DNA of 58,554 nucleotides, taken from positions 1-58,554 of the forward strand of contig JBEEND010000005.1 in assembly GCA_041192345.1 (NCBI GenBank), given 5' to 3'. Of this stretch, positions 33,206 to 44,035 are shown in pieces. The notes below the pieces were generated by a model that was not told the origin of the DNA, did no database searches, and worked only from the letters and a program-made list of their open reading frames with translations. Within the stretch, counting starts at the first letter, position 1; every line of letters starts with the position of its first letter. The position numbers and the translations under genes were made by a program. The DNA comes from Actinomycetota bacterium. Its GTDB lineage: Bacteria > Actinomycetota > Actinomycetes > S36-B12 > UBA5976.

Positions 33206-33768
33206 CTCGAATTATTGGTGGCGATTTGCGAGGTCGTTCAATTAAAGTGCCTGATACGCAAACTCGACCAACTTCAAATCGCGTGCGGGAAGCAATTTTT
33301 TCCTCGGTTGAACATGCTGTCAGTGGTCTGAGTGATTTGCGAGTCTTAGACCTATTTGCTGGCTCGGGCGCTTTTGGAATTGAATCGATTTCACGGGGCG
33401 CGGCTGAAGCAGTACTAATCGAAAAAGATCTACAGGCAGCTGACACTTTGCATTCGAATATTGAATCTCTTGGGATCAAAACTGCTCGAGTGCTAATTGC
33501 TGATGTTTTTCTAAGAATCAGTGAACCATCAAGTGCTGGCAAATTTGATGTGATCTTTATAGATCCGCCGTATGACTTGGATGATGAGCAAGTAAATGCC
33601 CTGCTTGCACACTTGCCCAAAAATGGCTGGCTAGCGGACTATGGCCTGTTAGTTGTGGAGCGGGGTTCAAAATCAAAGGTGATTTGGCCAGAAAGCATTG
33701 AACAACTTCGAGAAAAGTTTTATGGTGACACAACTATTTGGTACGGTCAGTACCTGGAAGATTCTTAG
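33202..33768 (+). CDS. rsmD: 16S rRNA m2G966 methyltransferase
   Basis: RIIGG, TRPT, LDLFAGSG, DPPY, YGDT; ATGA overlap. Confidence 0.94.
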   Translation: MTRIIGGDLRGRSIKVPDTQTRPTSNRVREAIFSSVEHAVSGLSDLRVLDLFAGSGAFGIESISRGAAEAVLIEKDLQAADTLHSNIESLGIKTARVLIADVFLRISEPSSAGKFDVIFIDPPYDLDDEQVNALLAHLPKNGWLADYGLLVVERGSKSKVIWPESIEQLREKFYGDTTIWYGQYLEDS

Positions 33769-33834
33769 CCCCCTATTTGGCTTTTATTAGCTAAAGCAGA
33801 ACTAGTGGATCAACAGAGAAAAAAGGTGAATGAA

Positions 33835-34329
33835 ATGTCAAAAGACAAAGTTCGAAAAGCCGTTTGTCCTGGCTCTTTTGATCCCGTAACTTTTGGTCAC
33901 CTGGATGTTTTTGCCCGCGCCGCCGAACAGTTCGACCATGTCACTGTTGCAGTACTGCAAAATAGTACAAAAGCTGGATTGTTCACCATGGAACAGCGCA
34001 TTGAAATGATTACCGAGTGTGTTAAGCCATATCCAAATATCGTGGTTGATACCTTCAAGGGCTTATTAGTTGATTACTGCCGCGATCATGGAATTAGCGC
34101 AATCTTTAAAGGACTTCGCGCCGTTTCGGATTTCGACTACGAACTTCAAATGGCCCAAATGAACTCCCGCTTAGGCGTTGACACCCTGTTTGTGGCCACC
34201 AATCCGGAGTACAGTTTCCTGTCTTCGAGCATTGTTAAGGAAATAGCCAAATTCGGAGGGGATGTGGCTGGATTGGTTCCAGAAAACGTCCATCAGGCAT
34301 TGAAAGCCCAACTTCCTCAAAAATCCTAA
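33835..34329 (+). CDS. coaD: Phosphopantetheine adenylyltransferase
   Basis: PGSFDPVTFGH, KGLRAVSDFDYE, LSSSIVKE. Confidence 0.97.
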   Translation: MSKDKVRKAVCPGSFDPVTFGHLDVFARAAEQFDHVTVAVLQNSTKAGLFTMEQRIEMITECVKPYPNIVVDTFKGLLVDYCRDHGISAIFKGLRAVSDFDYELQMAQMNSRLGVDTLFVATNPEYSFLSSSIVKEIAKFGGDVAGLVPENVHQALKAQLPQKS

Positions 34330-34441
34330 TTTTGCGCGTGTTCGCAAGGTGCCTCGATTTGGGAGTGCCACTAAAAACGCGCTAATCTAGCCATTGGTCT
34401 TTCACGAGGCCGAATGAGCCATACTTCCAGCGAGGAATACT

Positions 34442-35005
34442 GTGTCTACCCTCGATCCAAGCTCGCCGCTAGTTCTAGATGCTAGAACTTTAGGCCGACG
34501 CGCGGGATCGATGAAGAAACTAGATTTCTCGGTGGCAGCCCCGGCTGATCTCGGCGTCGGATTGATTGCAGTCCCACCAGGATCTGAAATTGAGTTTGAT
34601 CTTCGGCTTGAATCAGTAATTGATGGGGTGCTCGTCACCGGTAGTGCTTTATTGACGGTAGCGGGTGAATGTTCACGGTGCTTGGAACCGTTGTCTTTCG
34701 ATACGGAAGTCGACCTTCAAGAACTTTTTGAATATCCCGCCACTGACTCCAGAGGCCGCCAGATTGCTTCTGGTAGCGATGACGAGGAACAACCGAAGCT
34801 AGACGATGATCTAATCGATCTAGAGCCGGTTATTCGCGACGCAGTGTTGTTGGCTATGCCGCTAGCTCCGCTGTGTCAACCAGATTGCGCAGGATTGTGC
34901 ATCACTTGTGGTGAAAACCTCAACGATGTGAGTGATCATTCGCATGAAGAAACTGATCCGCGTTGGGCAAGTCTTGCGAATCTTAAGGATTTAATCGAAG
35001 AATAA
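34442..35005 (+). CDS. YceD/DUF177 family protein
   Basis: ECSRCL, PLCQPDCAGLCITCG, DPRWASL; directly upstream of rpmF. Confidence 0.92.
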   Translation: MSTLDPSSPLVLDARTLGRRAGSMKKLDFSVAAPADLGVGLIAVPPGSEIEFDLRLESVIDGVLVTGSALLTVAGECSRCLEPLSFDTEVDLQELFEYPATDSRGRQIASGSDDEEQPKLDDDLIDLEPVIRDAVLLAMPLAPLCQPDCAGLCITCGENLNDVSDHSHEETDPRWASLANLKDLIEE

Positions 35006-35060
35006 GATCGACGTTTTGAACTAAAGAGTTTGAATCGACAACCTGAAAGGATGGCAGACC

Positions 35061-35234
35061 GTGGCCGTTCCCAAGCGTAAGACTTCTCGTAGCAACACCC
35101 GTCATCGTCGTTCCGCATGGAAGGCAACTGCCGCAAACCTTGCTACTTGCGATCGTTGCCGTGCGCCAAAGTTGCAGCACACTGCTTGCCCAACTTGTGG
35201 CACATACGACAAGCGCCAGGTCCTTAGCGTTTAA
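35061..35234 (+). CDS. rpmF: 50S ribosomal protein bL32 (57 aa, Zn-ribbon form; not in ORF track)
   Basis: Translated by hand: [57 protein letters not shown]; SD GAAAGGA. Confidence 0.97.
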   Translation: MAVPKRKTSRSNTRHRRSAWKATAANLATCDRCRAPKLQHTACPTCGTYDKRQVLSV

Positions 35235-35239
35235 TCGTC

Positions 35240-35947
35240 GTGGCCGCGTCCACATCGAACGATCAGCTGTATGACCGACTGGGCTACGTTTTCGATGCCC
35301 AGTTACTTGAGTTAGCTCTCACCCACAGGTCCTTCGCCTACGAGTCAGGCGGATTACCAACTAATGAGCGACTTGAGTTTTTAGGTGACGCCGTACTTGG
35401 TGTGGTTGTTACTGATGCGCTGTATCACCGGTATCCAGATTTACCTGAAGGCAATCTGGCAAAACTACGTTCCGCTGTTGTTAGTGCTCGCGCATTGGCA
35501 GTTCAAGCGCGCCGGCTAGGCCTTGGCGAATTTATTCGATTAGGTCGTGGCGAGGAAACAACTGGTGGCCGCGACAAATCCTCAATCTTGGCTGACACAT
35601 TCGAGGCAATACTTGGCGCAGTTTATATTGACTTAGGCATTGAGGTCTCGCGCGAATTAATTCTTCGTTTGCTCGATGAACAACTCGCCCAAGCTGCCGA
35701 ACTCGGCGCCGGATTAGATTGGAAAACCTCACTACAAGAGTTGACTGCAGAATTAGGTCTTGGTGTTCCGATTTATGCAATTTCGGAATCAGGTCCAGAT
35801 CATGCTAAACAATTCATTGCCCAAGTGGTTATTGCAAAGCAAAAATATGGCCATGGCACTGGAAGTAACAAGAAAGAAGCCGAACAAGAATCCGCTGCTA
35901 GCGCCTACGCCGAACTCATGGCGCAACGCGACGGCGAAGTTAACTAA
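35240..35947 (+). CDS. rnc: Ribonuclease III
   Basis: [24 protein letters not shown], ds[17 protein letters not shown]. Confidence 0.97.
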   Translation: MAASTSNDQLYDRLGYVFDAQLLELALTHRSFAYESGGLPTNERLEFLGDAVLGVVVTDALYHRYPDLPEGNLAKLRSAVVSARALAVQARRLGLGEFIRLGRGEETTGGRDKSSILADTFEAILGAVYIDLGIEVSRELILRLLDEQLAQAAELGAGLDWKTSLQELTAELGLGVPIYAISESGPDHAKQFIAQVVIAKQKYGHGTGSNKKEAEQESAASAYAELMAQRDGEVN

Positions 35948-35962
35948 CCCTGGCGCGTAGAC

Positions 35963-36832
35963 ATGCCGGAATTACCTGAAGTTGAAGTTGTCCGCCGGGG
36001 GATTGATACCTGGGTTAGCGGGCGAACTATTGAAACTACCCAAGTTTTACATTCCCGCGCAGTACGTAATCACACTGGCGGGCCAAAAGATTTTGCGCGT
36101 CGATTAAAAGGCCGAACTGTTGTCTCAGTAAATCGTCGTGGGAAATTTATGTGGCTCAGTCTTGATGATGATCAAGCCCTGGTAACTCATCTGGGAATGA
36201 GTGGACAAGTTTTAGTGCAGCCACTTGACGCGGAACCTGAAAAACATATGCGAGTACGTTGTACTTTTACTGACGGTGGACGCGCTATGCATTTTGTTGA
36301 TCAACGCACATTTGGCGGTATGGCTATCCATGAATTAGTGGAAGTTGATCATGGCCAATGGGTTCCGCAGCCGGTAGTTCACATTGCGCGCGACCCACTT
36401 GATCCATTTTTCGATCCCGATTCATTCATCACGGGGATTCGAAAGAAGAATACTCAAGTCAAGCGGGCAATCTTGGACCAAACTTTAATTAGTGGAATAG
36501 GAAATATCTATGCCGATGAATCGCTCTGGCGCGCAAAGATTCACTGGGCAACTCCCACGAATCGTTTAACTAAAATCCAAGCGACGACATTGCTCACTCA
36601 TGCAACGCAAGTGATGAGCGAAGCGCTTGACCAAGGTGGAACGTCATTTGATTCGTTATACGTAAATGTGAATGGGGAAAGTGGGTATTTCTCGCATGAA
36701 CTAAATGCTTATGGCCGCGAAGGTGAACCCTGTGATCGCTGTGGCAGCATCATGTTGCGGGAGGCATTTGCAAATCGCTCATCATTTCGGTGCCCACGGT
36801 GCCAACGCAAGCCAAAAGCCGTAAAAACCTGA
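35963..36832 (+). CDS. mutM: Formamidopyrimidine-DNA glycosylase
   Basis: [36 protein letters not shown] zinc finger. Confidence 0.97.
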   Translation: MPELPEVEVVRRGIDTWVSGRTIETTQVLHSRAVRNHTGGPKDFARRLKGRTVVSVNRRGKFMWLSLDDDQALVTHLGMSGQVLVQPLDAEPEKHMRVRCTFTDGGRAMHFVDQRTFGGMAIHELVEVDHGQWVPQPVVHIARDPLDPFFDPDSFITGIRKKNTQVKRAILDQTLISGIGNIYADESLWRAKIHWATPTNRLTKIQATTLLTHATQVMSEALDQGGTSFDSLYVNVNGESGYFSHELNAYGREGEPCDRCGSIMLREAFANRSSFRCPRCQRKPKAVKT

Positions 36833-36864
36833 ATGATTATCGCTTCAAGAAACAAACTTGAGCT

Positions 36865-38178
36865 TTAGTAAACGCGAGCGTAACGTTCGCAAAGTTCTTC
36901 GTCGCTCATGTCCTTAGCGAGCGCAATCTCAGTGCGTTTAACAGCGACGTACGAATCATACATAGTTGGTGGCATCCACGCTTTCACTATGGCGTCAGCT
37001 TCCATCAAATCCAAAGCTTCAGCTAAGGAGCTTGGCAGTGGTTCAATTCCTAATTCAGAGCGTTGCTGTTCCGATAAATCATTCGGGTCAACATCAACTG
37101 ATTTTGGAAGCGGAAGCTTTTCCTTGATACCTTGCAGACCAGCAAGTACCAGAGCGCCCAAGACTAAATACGGACTTGCCGTAGCATCCGGAGCTCTAAG
37201 TTCCAGATTGTAGGCTTTTGCTGCCTTAGCTGGATTTTGATCTGGCGAAGGACAGATTCGCAGCGCAGCTTCGCGATTTTGAACTCCAAAACTCGAGTAG
37301 CCGCAAGACCAATGATTAGGGCCAAGACGCAGATAAGAAACTGGACTTGGCGAGGTGATGGCACAGATTGCCCTCATGTGTCTGGTAACACCGGCGATGA
37401 AGTGCTGCGCTACAACGCTGGCATTATTGGGCTGTGTTGCATCGTAAGTTGCGTTGTTGCCCTTGGAATCCAAAAAGCTGAAATGTACATGAGCGCCATT
37501 GCCGATTGCATCTGGCGCGGCTTTTGGTGTGAATGTTGCGCGATACCCAAGTCGACGAGCAGTCTCTCGAATTACTTCGCGAGTAATAATTGCCCGCTCA
37601 GCTGCTGCAAGGCCAACCGCTGGCGCGGAAGTGACTTCGTACTGGTTAACGCCAAATTCTGGTTCAACTGTCTCTAATCCAACGTTTGCTTGAGTTAATG
37701 CTTTAGTTAAATCTTGGGTGTAACGTGCAACATTTCTGATCGCTTCAATTGTGAAGGATGGCCCAGCCGCTATTGGGTCATCTAGCAGCGTGAATTCGTG
37801 TTCGAATGCGGCCAAAAATTCAAGTCCAGTTTCTTGACGGAATAATTCAAGAGCATTTTTGAAGAACCCACGCGTGCAGCACTCCCAGTTTTTCCCATCA
37901 TTAGTTTTGGAGTCACACAAGTAAAAATGAAATGGTGGGGCATCTTCCCAAATATCGATTCGAGTTTTAGTGCTCGCTACGGGAACTTGCCGAACTTCTA
38001 ACATTGGACCCCATGGATTTGGTGCCAATTCTGCAAATGGAGTTTGCGCCTGTCCTGCTACGGCCCAACCCAATCCAAACTCCATTCGAGCTTCGATTTG
38101 GTTTAATGGGACGCCACGGCAACGCATTAATCCGACATAGTCATTCCAGGCAAGAAGTACGATCTCTCCGTCAGTCAC
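36865..38178 (-). CDS. Glutamine synthetase-like gamma-glutamyl-amine ligase (GlnA3/PauA-like)
   Basis: FEHEF, EPEFGVNQYE, GNGAHVHFS, NREAALRI, LELRAPDA; flap reads SYLRLGPNHWSC instead of SYKRLVPGYEAP; SD GGAGG 8 nt before GTG. Confidence 0.85.
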   Translation of the reverse strand: MTDGEIVLLAWNDYVGLMRCRGVPLNQIEARMEFGLGWAVAGQAQTPFAELAPNPWGPMLEVRQVPVASTKTRIDIWEDAPPFHFYLCDSKTNDGKNWECCTRGFFKNALELFRQETGLEFLAAFEHEFTLLDDPIAAGPSFTIEAIRNVARYTQDLTKALTQANVGLETVEPEFGVNQYEVTSAPAVGLAAAERAIITREVIRETARRLGYRATFTPKAAPDAIGNGAHVHFSFLDSKGNNATYDATQPNNASVVAQHFIAGVTRHMRAICAITSPSPVSYLRLGPNHWSCGYSSFGVQNREAALRICPSPDQNPAKAAKAYNLELRAPDATASPYLVLGALVLAGLQGIKEKLPLPKSVDVDPNDLSEQQRSELGIEPLPSSLAEALDLMEADAIVKAWMPPTMYDSYVAVKRTEIALAKDMSDEELCERYARVY

Positions 38179-38250
38179 CGGTCATGCCTCCATACAAAAA
38201 TATTGAGAATACGCAACACAATGCTTAAAATTTTATCTAACATAGAAGGC

Positions 38251-39447
38251 ATGAATCCACCGATTTCAATAATTGACCTTGCCAATTCAATCGAGTTAAC
38301 AGACCATCATTGCCATGGAGTCGAAAAGACTAATTTAGAACGCGCTGATTTTGAAATTATCGCTACCGAATCTGATTGGCCCGAACCAAATGGGATGACA
38401 ATTTTTGACTCCCCAGTTGGAATCATGATGCGTGCGGAGTGCTCTGGCTTCCTTGGGTTACCAAAGCACTGCTCGCCAGATGACTATTTCGAAAGGCGCT
38501 ATGAACTTGGTCAAAATAAGGTAACTCAGTTGCTACTACCTGCAACGGGAATTAAAACCTTTTTAATCGACTCAGGTGCTCCACCCGTTAATACTGGCGC
38601 TGAAGTTAGACAAGATAGCAATGCATTTTCACATAATTCGATTACCACCTTTAAAGAAATGGCTGAAATAACGCCAGGAACTTCTGCATATGAGATTGTC
38701 CGCCTTGAATCAGTCGCAGAATCTATTGCCCACAAAACTTCAGCAGCAACATTTGCCGATGATTTTGCGAAGGCTTTATCGATCGCAGCCGTTCACGCAT
38801 TAGGTTTTAAATCCATAATTGCGTATCGATACGGACTTGACTTCAATCCTGCCCGACCAAGTGAGCGTGAAGTTGTTGTGGCTGCAGGAGAGTGGCTCGA
38901 AGCTACAGCGAATCAGCCTCGCCCAAGAATGAATCATCCGGTCTTGCTTCGCCACATTCTCTGGGAAGCAGTCGACTATGGAACGGCAATTCAGTTTCAT
39001 GTTGGTTATGGTGATTCGGATATCGTCATGCACAGATGCGACCCAACGCAAATGACTGAGTTTCTAAAAATGACTGTTGACAGTGGAACTTCAATTACGC
39101 TTCTGCATTGCTATCCATTTATTCGAGAAGCTGGATATTTAGCACAGGTTTATCCGCACGTTTATTTGGATACTGGCGCTGCTGCGCACTGGACGGGATT
39201 GTCGAGTGCAACAATTGTGGCCCAATCTGTTGAGATGGCCCCAATGAGTAAAGTTTTGTTTTCCTCCGATGCGTTTGGTTTACCAGAGCTTTATTACATT
39301 GGAACTCTGGTCTGGCGTCGCGCTATCGGTTCGATTCTTGATAAATGGGTTCAGTCAGATGGCCTTGGATACCAGGACGCAGTTAAATACTTAAATTGGA
39401 TGGCCAACGATAACGCTCGTCGGGCATACCGATTGCTTCCTGAGTAG
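38251..39447 (+). CDS. Amidohydrolase-2 family protein resembling the FluG/NodGS N-terminal domain
   Basis: DHHCH, FKSIIAYR, QFHVGYGD, LLHCYP, YPHVYLD, FSSDAFGLPE; TAACAT 7 nt before ATG 38251. Confidence 0.85.
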   Translation: MNPPISIIDLANSIELTDHHCHGVEKTNLERADFEIIATESDWPEPNGMTIFDSPVGIMMRAECSGFLGLPKHCSPDDYFERRYELGQNKVTQLLLPATGIKTFLIDSGAPPVNTGAEVRQDSNAFSHNSITTFKEMAEITPGTSAYEIVRLESVAESIAHKTSAATFADDFAKALSIAAVHALGFKSIIAYRYGLDFNPARPSEREVVVAAGEWLEATANQPRPRMNHPVLLRHILWEAVDYGTAIQFHVGYGDSDIVMHRCDPTQMTEFLKMTVDSGTSITLLHCYPFIREAGYLAQVYPHVYLDTGAAAHWTGLSSATIVAQSVEMAPMSKVLFSSDAFGLPELYYIGTLVWRRAIGSILDKWVQSDGLGYQDAVKYLNWMANDNARRAYRLLPE

Positions 39448-39463
39448 GCAGCATCACTTTCTC

Positions 39464-40297
39464 ATGACATACATGCCAGTAGATGGAAAACCCGATCGTG
39501 TTCATGTTGGTGCCCGTGCGCTTAACCTCGATGATTGGATTGAAATCAATCAAGATTATGAAGCTTATGTCGCTTACAAACTTGAATTATTAAGTACCAA
39601 ACATGATGAAGTTTTCGTTTCACTGCCGATGGGAGATCACGGCTCCCGTGAAGTACTTGCGCTTATTAGCGAACACTTGCCCCGAATTTTTCCGCAGCGT
39701 TGGCCAACTGGTGTGCCTGTCGATGAATCCAGGCATCCGTTGGAAGCTGCTTCACTTTTAGTGCAAGAAGATCTTTCGCTAATGACACAAGTTGGCACTG
39801 ATTGGATTCTTTCGGCGGCAAGTTTGTGTTTTCCAAGTCGCTGGGACGTTCGTGACAAGATTGGCAAAAACTTGCTGGGTATCCATGCCCCCGTGCCGCA
39901 TTACGAAGAAAAAATTGGCACAGCTACCCAAAACCTTTTCGACAAACTAACGGTTGAGCGCCCGATTTGGCGGGTGAACTGGACCGTTATGGATAGCGGC
40001 GAGCTTCATCAACCAACTGCCCCGCGAGGCCCCGACGCTCTGCAAATATCCTCGGAAAACATTGAGCAGTCCCTGCATTTTCGCCGGGAACGTCAAACCC
40101 TGCGAAAACTGCCTGAATCAGGCGACATTTTGTTCACAATTCGCACATATACTGACCCGTTTGCCACAGTAGTCGAGCAATTTCCGGAATTTCGCAGGAA
40201 CATCGGAACCACGATTGCAGGTGCCTCCCCGCAAACTGGGGAATACAAGGGCTGGGTCAAAATTCTTAATGACTTGCAGGCCTGGTCGAACGCCTAA
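39464..40297 (+). CDS. DUF3445 / haem-dependent oxidative N-demethylase alpha-subunit-like protein
   Basis: LLVQEDL, LCFPSRW, KIGK, IHAPVP, WRVNW, RRERQTLRKLPESGDILFTIRTY. Confidence 0.82.
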   Translation: MTYMPVDGKPDRVHVGARALNLDDWIEINQDYEAYVAYKLELLSTKHDEVFVSLPMGDHGSREVLALISEHLPRIFPQRWPTGVPVDESRHPLEAASLLVQEDLSLMTQVGTDWILSAASLCFPSRWDVRDKIGKNLLGIHAPVPHYEEKIGTATQNLFDKLTVERPIWRVNWTVMDSGELHQPTAPRGPDALQISSENIEQSLHFRRERQTLRKLPESGDILFTIRTYTDPFATVVEQFPEFRRNIGTTIAGASPQTGEYKGWVKILNDLQAWSNA

Positions 40298-40404
40298 TTT
40301 ACCTGCCCAAATCTAATGTTTGCAAGGGTAAAAGATAGACTGAGTGTGTTGATTTAACCGCCTGTGTCCACTTCCTCTGACCAGCGAAAACCAGAAAGAT
40401 TCGC

Positions 40405-43400
40405 GTGTACCTCAAGAGTCTGACGATCCGCGGCTTCAAGTCGTTTGCATCTTCAACGACTCTGCATTTCGAGCGAGGTATCACCGCAGTGGTTGGGCCA
40501 AACGGCTCCGGTAAATCCAATGTCGTAGATGCCATTGCGTGGGTTCTAGGTGAACAAGGCGCGAAAAGTCTTCGTGGCGGCAAAATGGAAGATGTTATTT
40601 TTGCTGGCTCATCTGGGCGAGCACCCCTTGGTCGCGCTGAAGTGTTGTTAACTATTGACAACACCGACGGCGCACTACCGATTGATTATTCCGAAGTAAC
40701 AATTTCGCGAACTATGTTTCGTAACGGCGGATCTGAATATGCGATCAATGGAACTACAACGCGCTTACTAGATGTTCAAGAATTATTAAGTGACTCTGGC
40801 ATTGGTCGAGAGATGCACGTCATAGTTGGCCAAGGTCAGCTCCGAGATATTTTGTTAGCAACACCTGAGCAACGACGCGGCTACATCGAAGAAGCTGCAG
40901 GTGTTCTAAAGCATCGCAAGCGAAAAGAAAAAGCTCTGCGCAAGCTTGATGCGATGGAAGTCAACCTCACTCGAGTTGAAGATTTAACAAACGAACTTCG
41001 CAGGCAGCTAAAACCACTTGGCCGCCAAGCAGAAGTAGCTCGTCGGGCAAATGTTATTCAATCCGATGTTCGCGATTCTCGCTTGCGCCTGCTGGCTGAT
41101 GATCTAACGCAAATGAAATTGGCACTAGCTGCTGAGATTGCTGATGAAACTGCTTTGCGGGAACGACGTAGTGAAGTGGAAAGTGAATTAACGGCAGCAA
41201 AAGCTCGGGAAGCAATTCTCGATGCTGCAATTACTGAATCTGCACCAACAGTTGATCGCTCGCAAAATACTTTTTATGGTCTGGGCGCTCAGCAAGAACG
41301 AATTCGTTCGACCATGGCACTTGCAAAAGAGCGAGTGCGGTTGGGCGAAAGTGAAGATGAAGAAGTCCAGCGCGGTCGGGATCCAGAAGAGATTGATCGG
41401 GAAGCTCATGCGCTGCGAGTGCAAGAATCGGAACTTGCGAGTCAAGTTGATTCAGATCGGTTAGCTCTTGCTGGCGCAATCAGTGAACGTACCGCTGCAG
41501 AGGCCGCGTTAGCTGCTGAAGATGCCAGATTGCAAGCCGCAACCAGAGCCGTGGCTGATCGCCGTGAAGGTCTAGCTCGCATTGCCGGACAAGTAGCCGC
41601 AGCGCAATCAAGATTAGAAGCACGCAGCGCAGAAATTTCCCGCTTAGATGAACGCTTAAGTGAAGCGCGAGATCGCGCCGATCAAGCAACTCAAGAATTT
41701 ACCGCCTTGGAAACCCAAGTGGCCGGTATGGACGCGGGCGAACTTGGCCTTGACAGTGAACACGATGAGGCAGCAAGGGCGCTTGCAAGTGCCGAGAAAG
41801 AATTGCAAGCCACCAAACATGAGGAACAGGAAGCCGAGCGCGAACGTGCCGGCGCTATTGCTCGACTGGAAGCACTCGAACAAGGTATGGCCCGCCGCGA
41901 TGGTGGCGCTGCAGTATTGGCCGCAACAGGCACTGTCTCTGGAATACTTGGTTCAGTTGCTGCCTTAATGCAGATTGAATCCGGTTGGGAAACAGCAATT
42001 GCTGCAGCCCTTGGATCAGCTGCTGATGCAATTGCAGTGGCGTCCACTGACGCAGCCGAAAACGCGGTACGGATGCTACGTCGCGATGACGCTGGCCGAG
42101 CTGCATTAGTTGTAGTTGGACAAAACTCAAGTGATCAAAGCAGCTGGCCTGCGCTAGCAAGTGGCCAACGTTATGCCATTGATTTGATAACTTGCGATAT
42201 AGATCTTCGTAATTCACTCTCGGGAATTTTGCAACGAGTTGTCATGACAAATTCCTTGGAAGAAGCTCGCCAAGTAGTTTCAAGTAATCGCGAATTGCGC
42301 GCAGTCACTCGTGACGGTGATGTTCTGGGCCACGGCTTTGTCCAAGGTGGATCAAAAGGCACACAAAGTTTGGTCGAAATTCAAGCAGCAGTAGATGAAG
42401 CGCGACTAAAACTTGAAGCTTCCGCCCATCGCGTTGATCGCGCAAAATTTGCAGTTGTTGGCGCAGTTCAAGAGCAAGAAGCAGCATTAGTTTTAGTAAG
42501 TAACTCACTTGAGCGGCTTCATGAGTCGGATGCCAGCATGGCTGCAATTGCCGTACAACTTGGAAGCTTGCAGTCATTAGTGCGCAGTGCAACGGGCGAG
42601 GCTGATCGTGTTGCAGCTGCAATTTCCTCGGCCAATAAAGCTCGCGAAGATGATTTGCGGAGTGTGCAAGAACTTGAAACCAGATTCTCAGCGGCCGAGA
42701 ATGATAAAATTTCAGAATCTGAACTCAGCGAAGAGGGTAGAGAAAACTTAGTTAAATCCCTTGAAGGAATTCGGCAAGCCGAACTTAACGGGCGACTCAC
42801 TGTGCGCACGGGCGAAGAAAGAGTTCGCGCACTTGGCACGCAGGCCGAACAGCTTGAGCATTCCGCAAATCTTGAACGGACATCTCGGGCTCGTGCGATC
42901 GAGTTACGTGATCGCCGCCGCCGCGAAGCCCAGATTGCCAGAGCAGTAGTTGTTGCAGCCGAGTCGGCGCTTGAGTTGCTGCGGCAATCGGTCGCACTTG
43001 CGCAATTCGAACGTGAACAAGCTGTGGCCACTCGCCAAACCCAAGAAGTGGAAGTGCGTAAAGTCCGCGAGCGAATCCGCGAGTTAACTGCTGACCTTGA
43101 TATCTTGACTGACTCGGTTCACCGCGATGAAGTTGCCCGCGCAGAACAACGGCTTCGCATTGAGGCTATGGAAAACAAGTCAATTGAAGATTTCGGTGTT
43201 GGACCAGATGAACTTCTTGCTGAGTACGGCCCAGAAGTATTAGTTCCACCGTCCCCGCCGGCACCTGGCGATGATGTAAATCCAAATGATCCTGAGCCAG
43301 TTGCTTACCCTTATGTTCGAACGCAACAAGAATCCCGACTAGCCGCAGCCGAGCGATCCCTTGCTTTACTTGGGCGAGTAAACCCACTTGCGCTCGAGGA

Positions 43401-44019
43401 ATTCTCGGCTCTTGAAGAACGTCACAAATTCTTGGGTGAGCAATTAGAGGATCTTCGCAAATCGCGTAATGATTTAATGAGTGTTATTCGCGACGTTGAT
43501 GCTCGTGTGCAAGAAGTGTTTGCAGAAGCATACGAGGACACTTCTCGAGAGTTCACCGAAGTCTTTGCGCGCTTATTCCCTGGCGGTGAGGCTCGCATGA
43601 TCCTTACTGAGCCAAATGATTTACTCAATTCAGGTGTTGAAATCGAAGCTCGTCCGCCCGGCAAAACTTACAAAAGACTTTCGCTGCTTTCAGGTGGCGA
43701 ACAAGCCCTCACTGCTGTCGCATTTTTGATTGCGTTATTCAAGTCCAGGCCAAGTCCGTTCTACATTCTCGATGAAGTTGAAGCCGCACTTGATGATGTG
43801 AACTTGGGTCGGTTACTTGAAATCTTGGCTGAACTTCGGGCAAACTCTCAACTATTGATTATCACGCACCAAAAGCGCACCATGGAAATTGCAGATGCAC
43901 TTTATGGTGTTTCGATGCGTGGCGATGGTGTCACTCAAGTAATTAGTCAGCGAATAACCCATGATGACCATGACAACCCCGAGCAAGTTGCCGACGCGCA
44001 AATGGCCACTAATTCCTAG
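40405..44019 (+). CDS. smc: Chromosome segregation protein SMC
   Basis: GFKSF, GPNGSGKSN, coiled coils and hinge, LSGGEQ, ILDEVEAALD, ITH. Confidence 0.97.
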   Translation: MYLKSLTIRGFKSFASSTTLHFERGITAVVGPNGSGKSNVVDAIAWVLGEQGAKSLRGGKMEDVIFAGSSGRAPLGRAEVLLTIDNTDGALPIDYSEVTISRTMFRNGGSEYAINGTTTRLLDVQELLSDSGIGREMHVIVGQGQLRDILLATPEQRRGYIEEAAGVLKHRKRKEKALRKLDAMEVNLTRVEDLTNELRRQLKPLGRQAEVARRANVIQSDVRDSRLRLLADDLTQMKLALAAEIADETALRERRSEVESELTAAKAREAILDAAITESAPTVDRSQNTFYGLGAQQERIRSTMALAKERVRLGESEDEEVQRGRDPEEIDREAHALRVQESELASQVDSDRLALAGAISERTAAEAALAAEDARLQAATRAVADRREGLARIAGQVAAAQSRLEARSAEISRLDERLSEARDRADQATQEFTALETQVAGMDAGELGLDSEHDEAARALASAEKELQATKHEEQEAERERAGAIARLEALEQGMARRDGGAAVLAATGTVSGILGSVAALMQIESGWETAIAAALGSAADAIAVASTDAAENAVRMLRRDDAGRAALVVVGQNSSDQSSWPALASGQRYAIDLITCDIDLRNSLSGILQRVVMTNSLEEARQVVSSNRELRAVTRDGDVLGHGFVQGGSKGTQSLVEIQAAVDEARLKLEASAHRVDRAKFAVVGAVQEQEAALVLVSNSLERLHESDASMAAIAVQLGSLQSLVRSATGEADRVAAAISSANKAREDDLRSVQELETRFSAAENDKISESELSEEGRENLVKSLEGIRQAELNGRLTVRTGEERVRALGTQAEQLEHSANLERTSRARAIELRDRRRREAQIARAVVVAAESALELLRQSVALAQFEREQAVATRQTQEVEVRKVRERIRELTADLDILTDSVHRDEVARAEQRLRIEAMENKSIEDFGVGPDELLAEYGPEVLVPPSPPAPGDDVNPNDPEPVAYPYVRTQQESRLAAAERSLALLGRVNPLALEEFSALEERHKFLGEQLEDLRKSRNDLMSVIRDVDARVQEVFAEAYEDTSREFTEVFARLFPGGEARMILTEPNDLLNSGVEIEARPPGKTYKRLSLLSGGEQALTAVAFLIALFKSRPSPFYILDEVEAALDDVNLGRLLEILAELRANSQLLIITHQKRTMEIADALYGVSMRGDGVTQVISQRITHDDHDNPEQVADAQMATNS

Positions 44020-44035
44020 TCTTAAGGATTAATCG

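Noticed and set aside
34936-35255. Minus-strand ORFs over the yceD-rnc gap
   Set aside because: The region is explained by rpmF on the plus strand
36865-38178. Housekeeping glutamine synthetase
   Set aside because: Flap Glu replaced (PNHWSC), divergent N-terminus, and amidohydrolase partner indicate a GS-like ligase
43245-43315. Pro-rich insert in SMC (PPSPPAPGDDVNPNDPEP) as an intein or novelty
   Set aside because: Too short, no intein motifs; a variable loop here is usual in actinobacterial SMC as far as I recall
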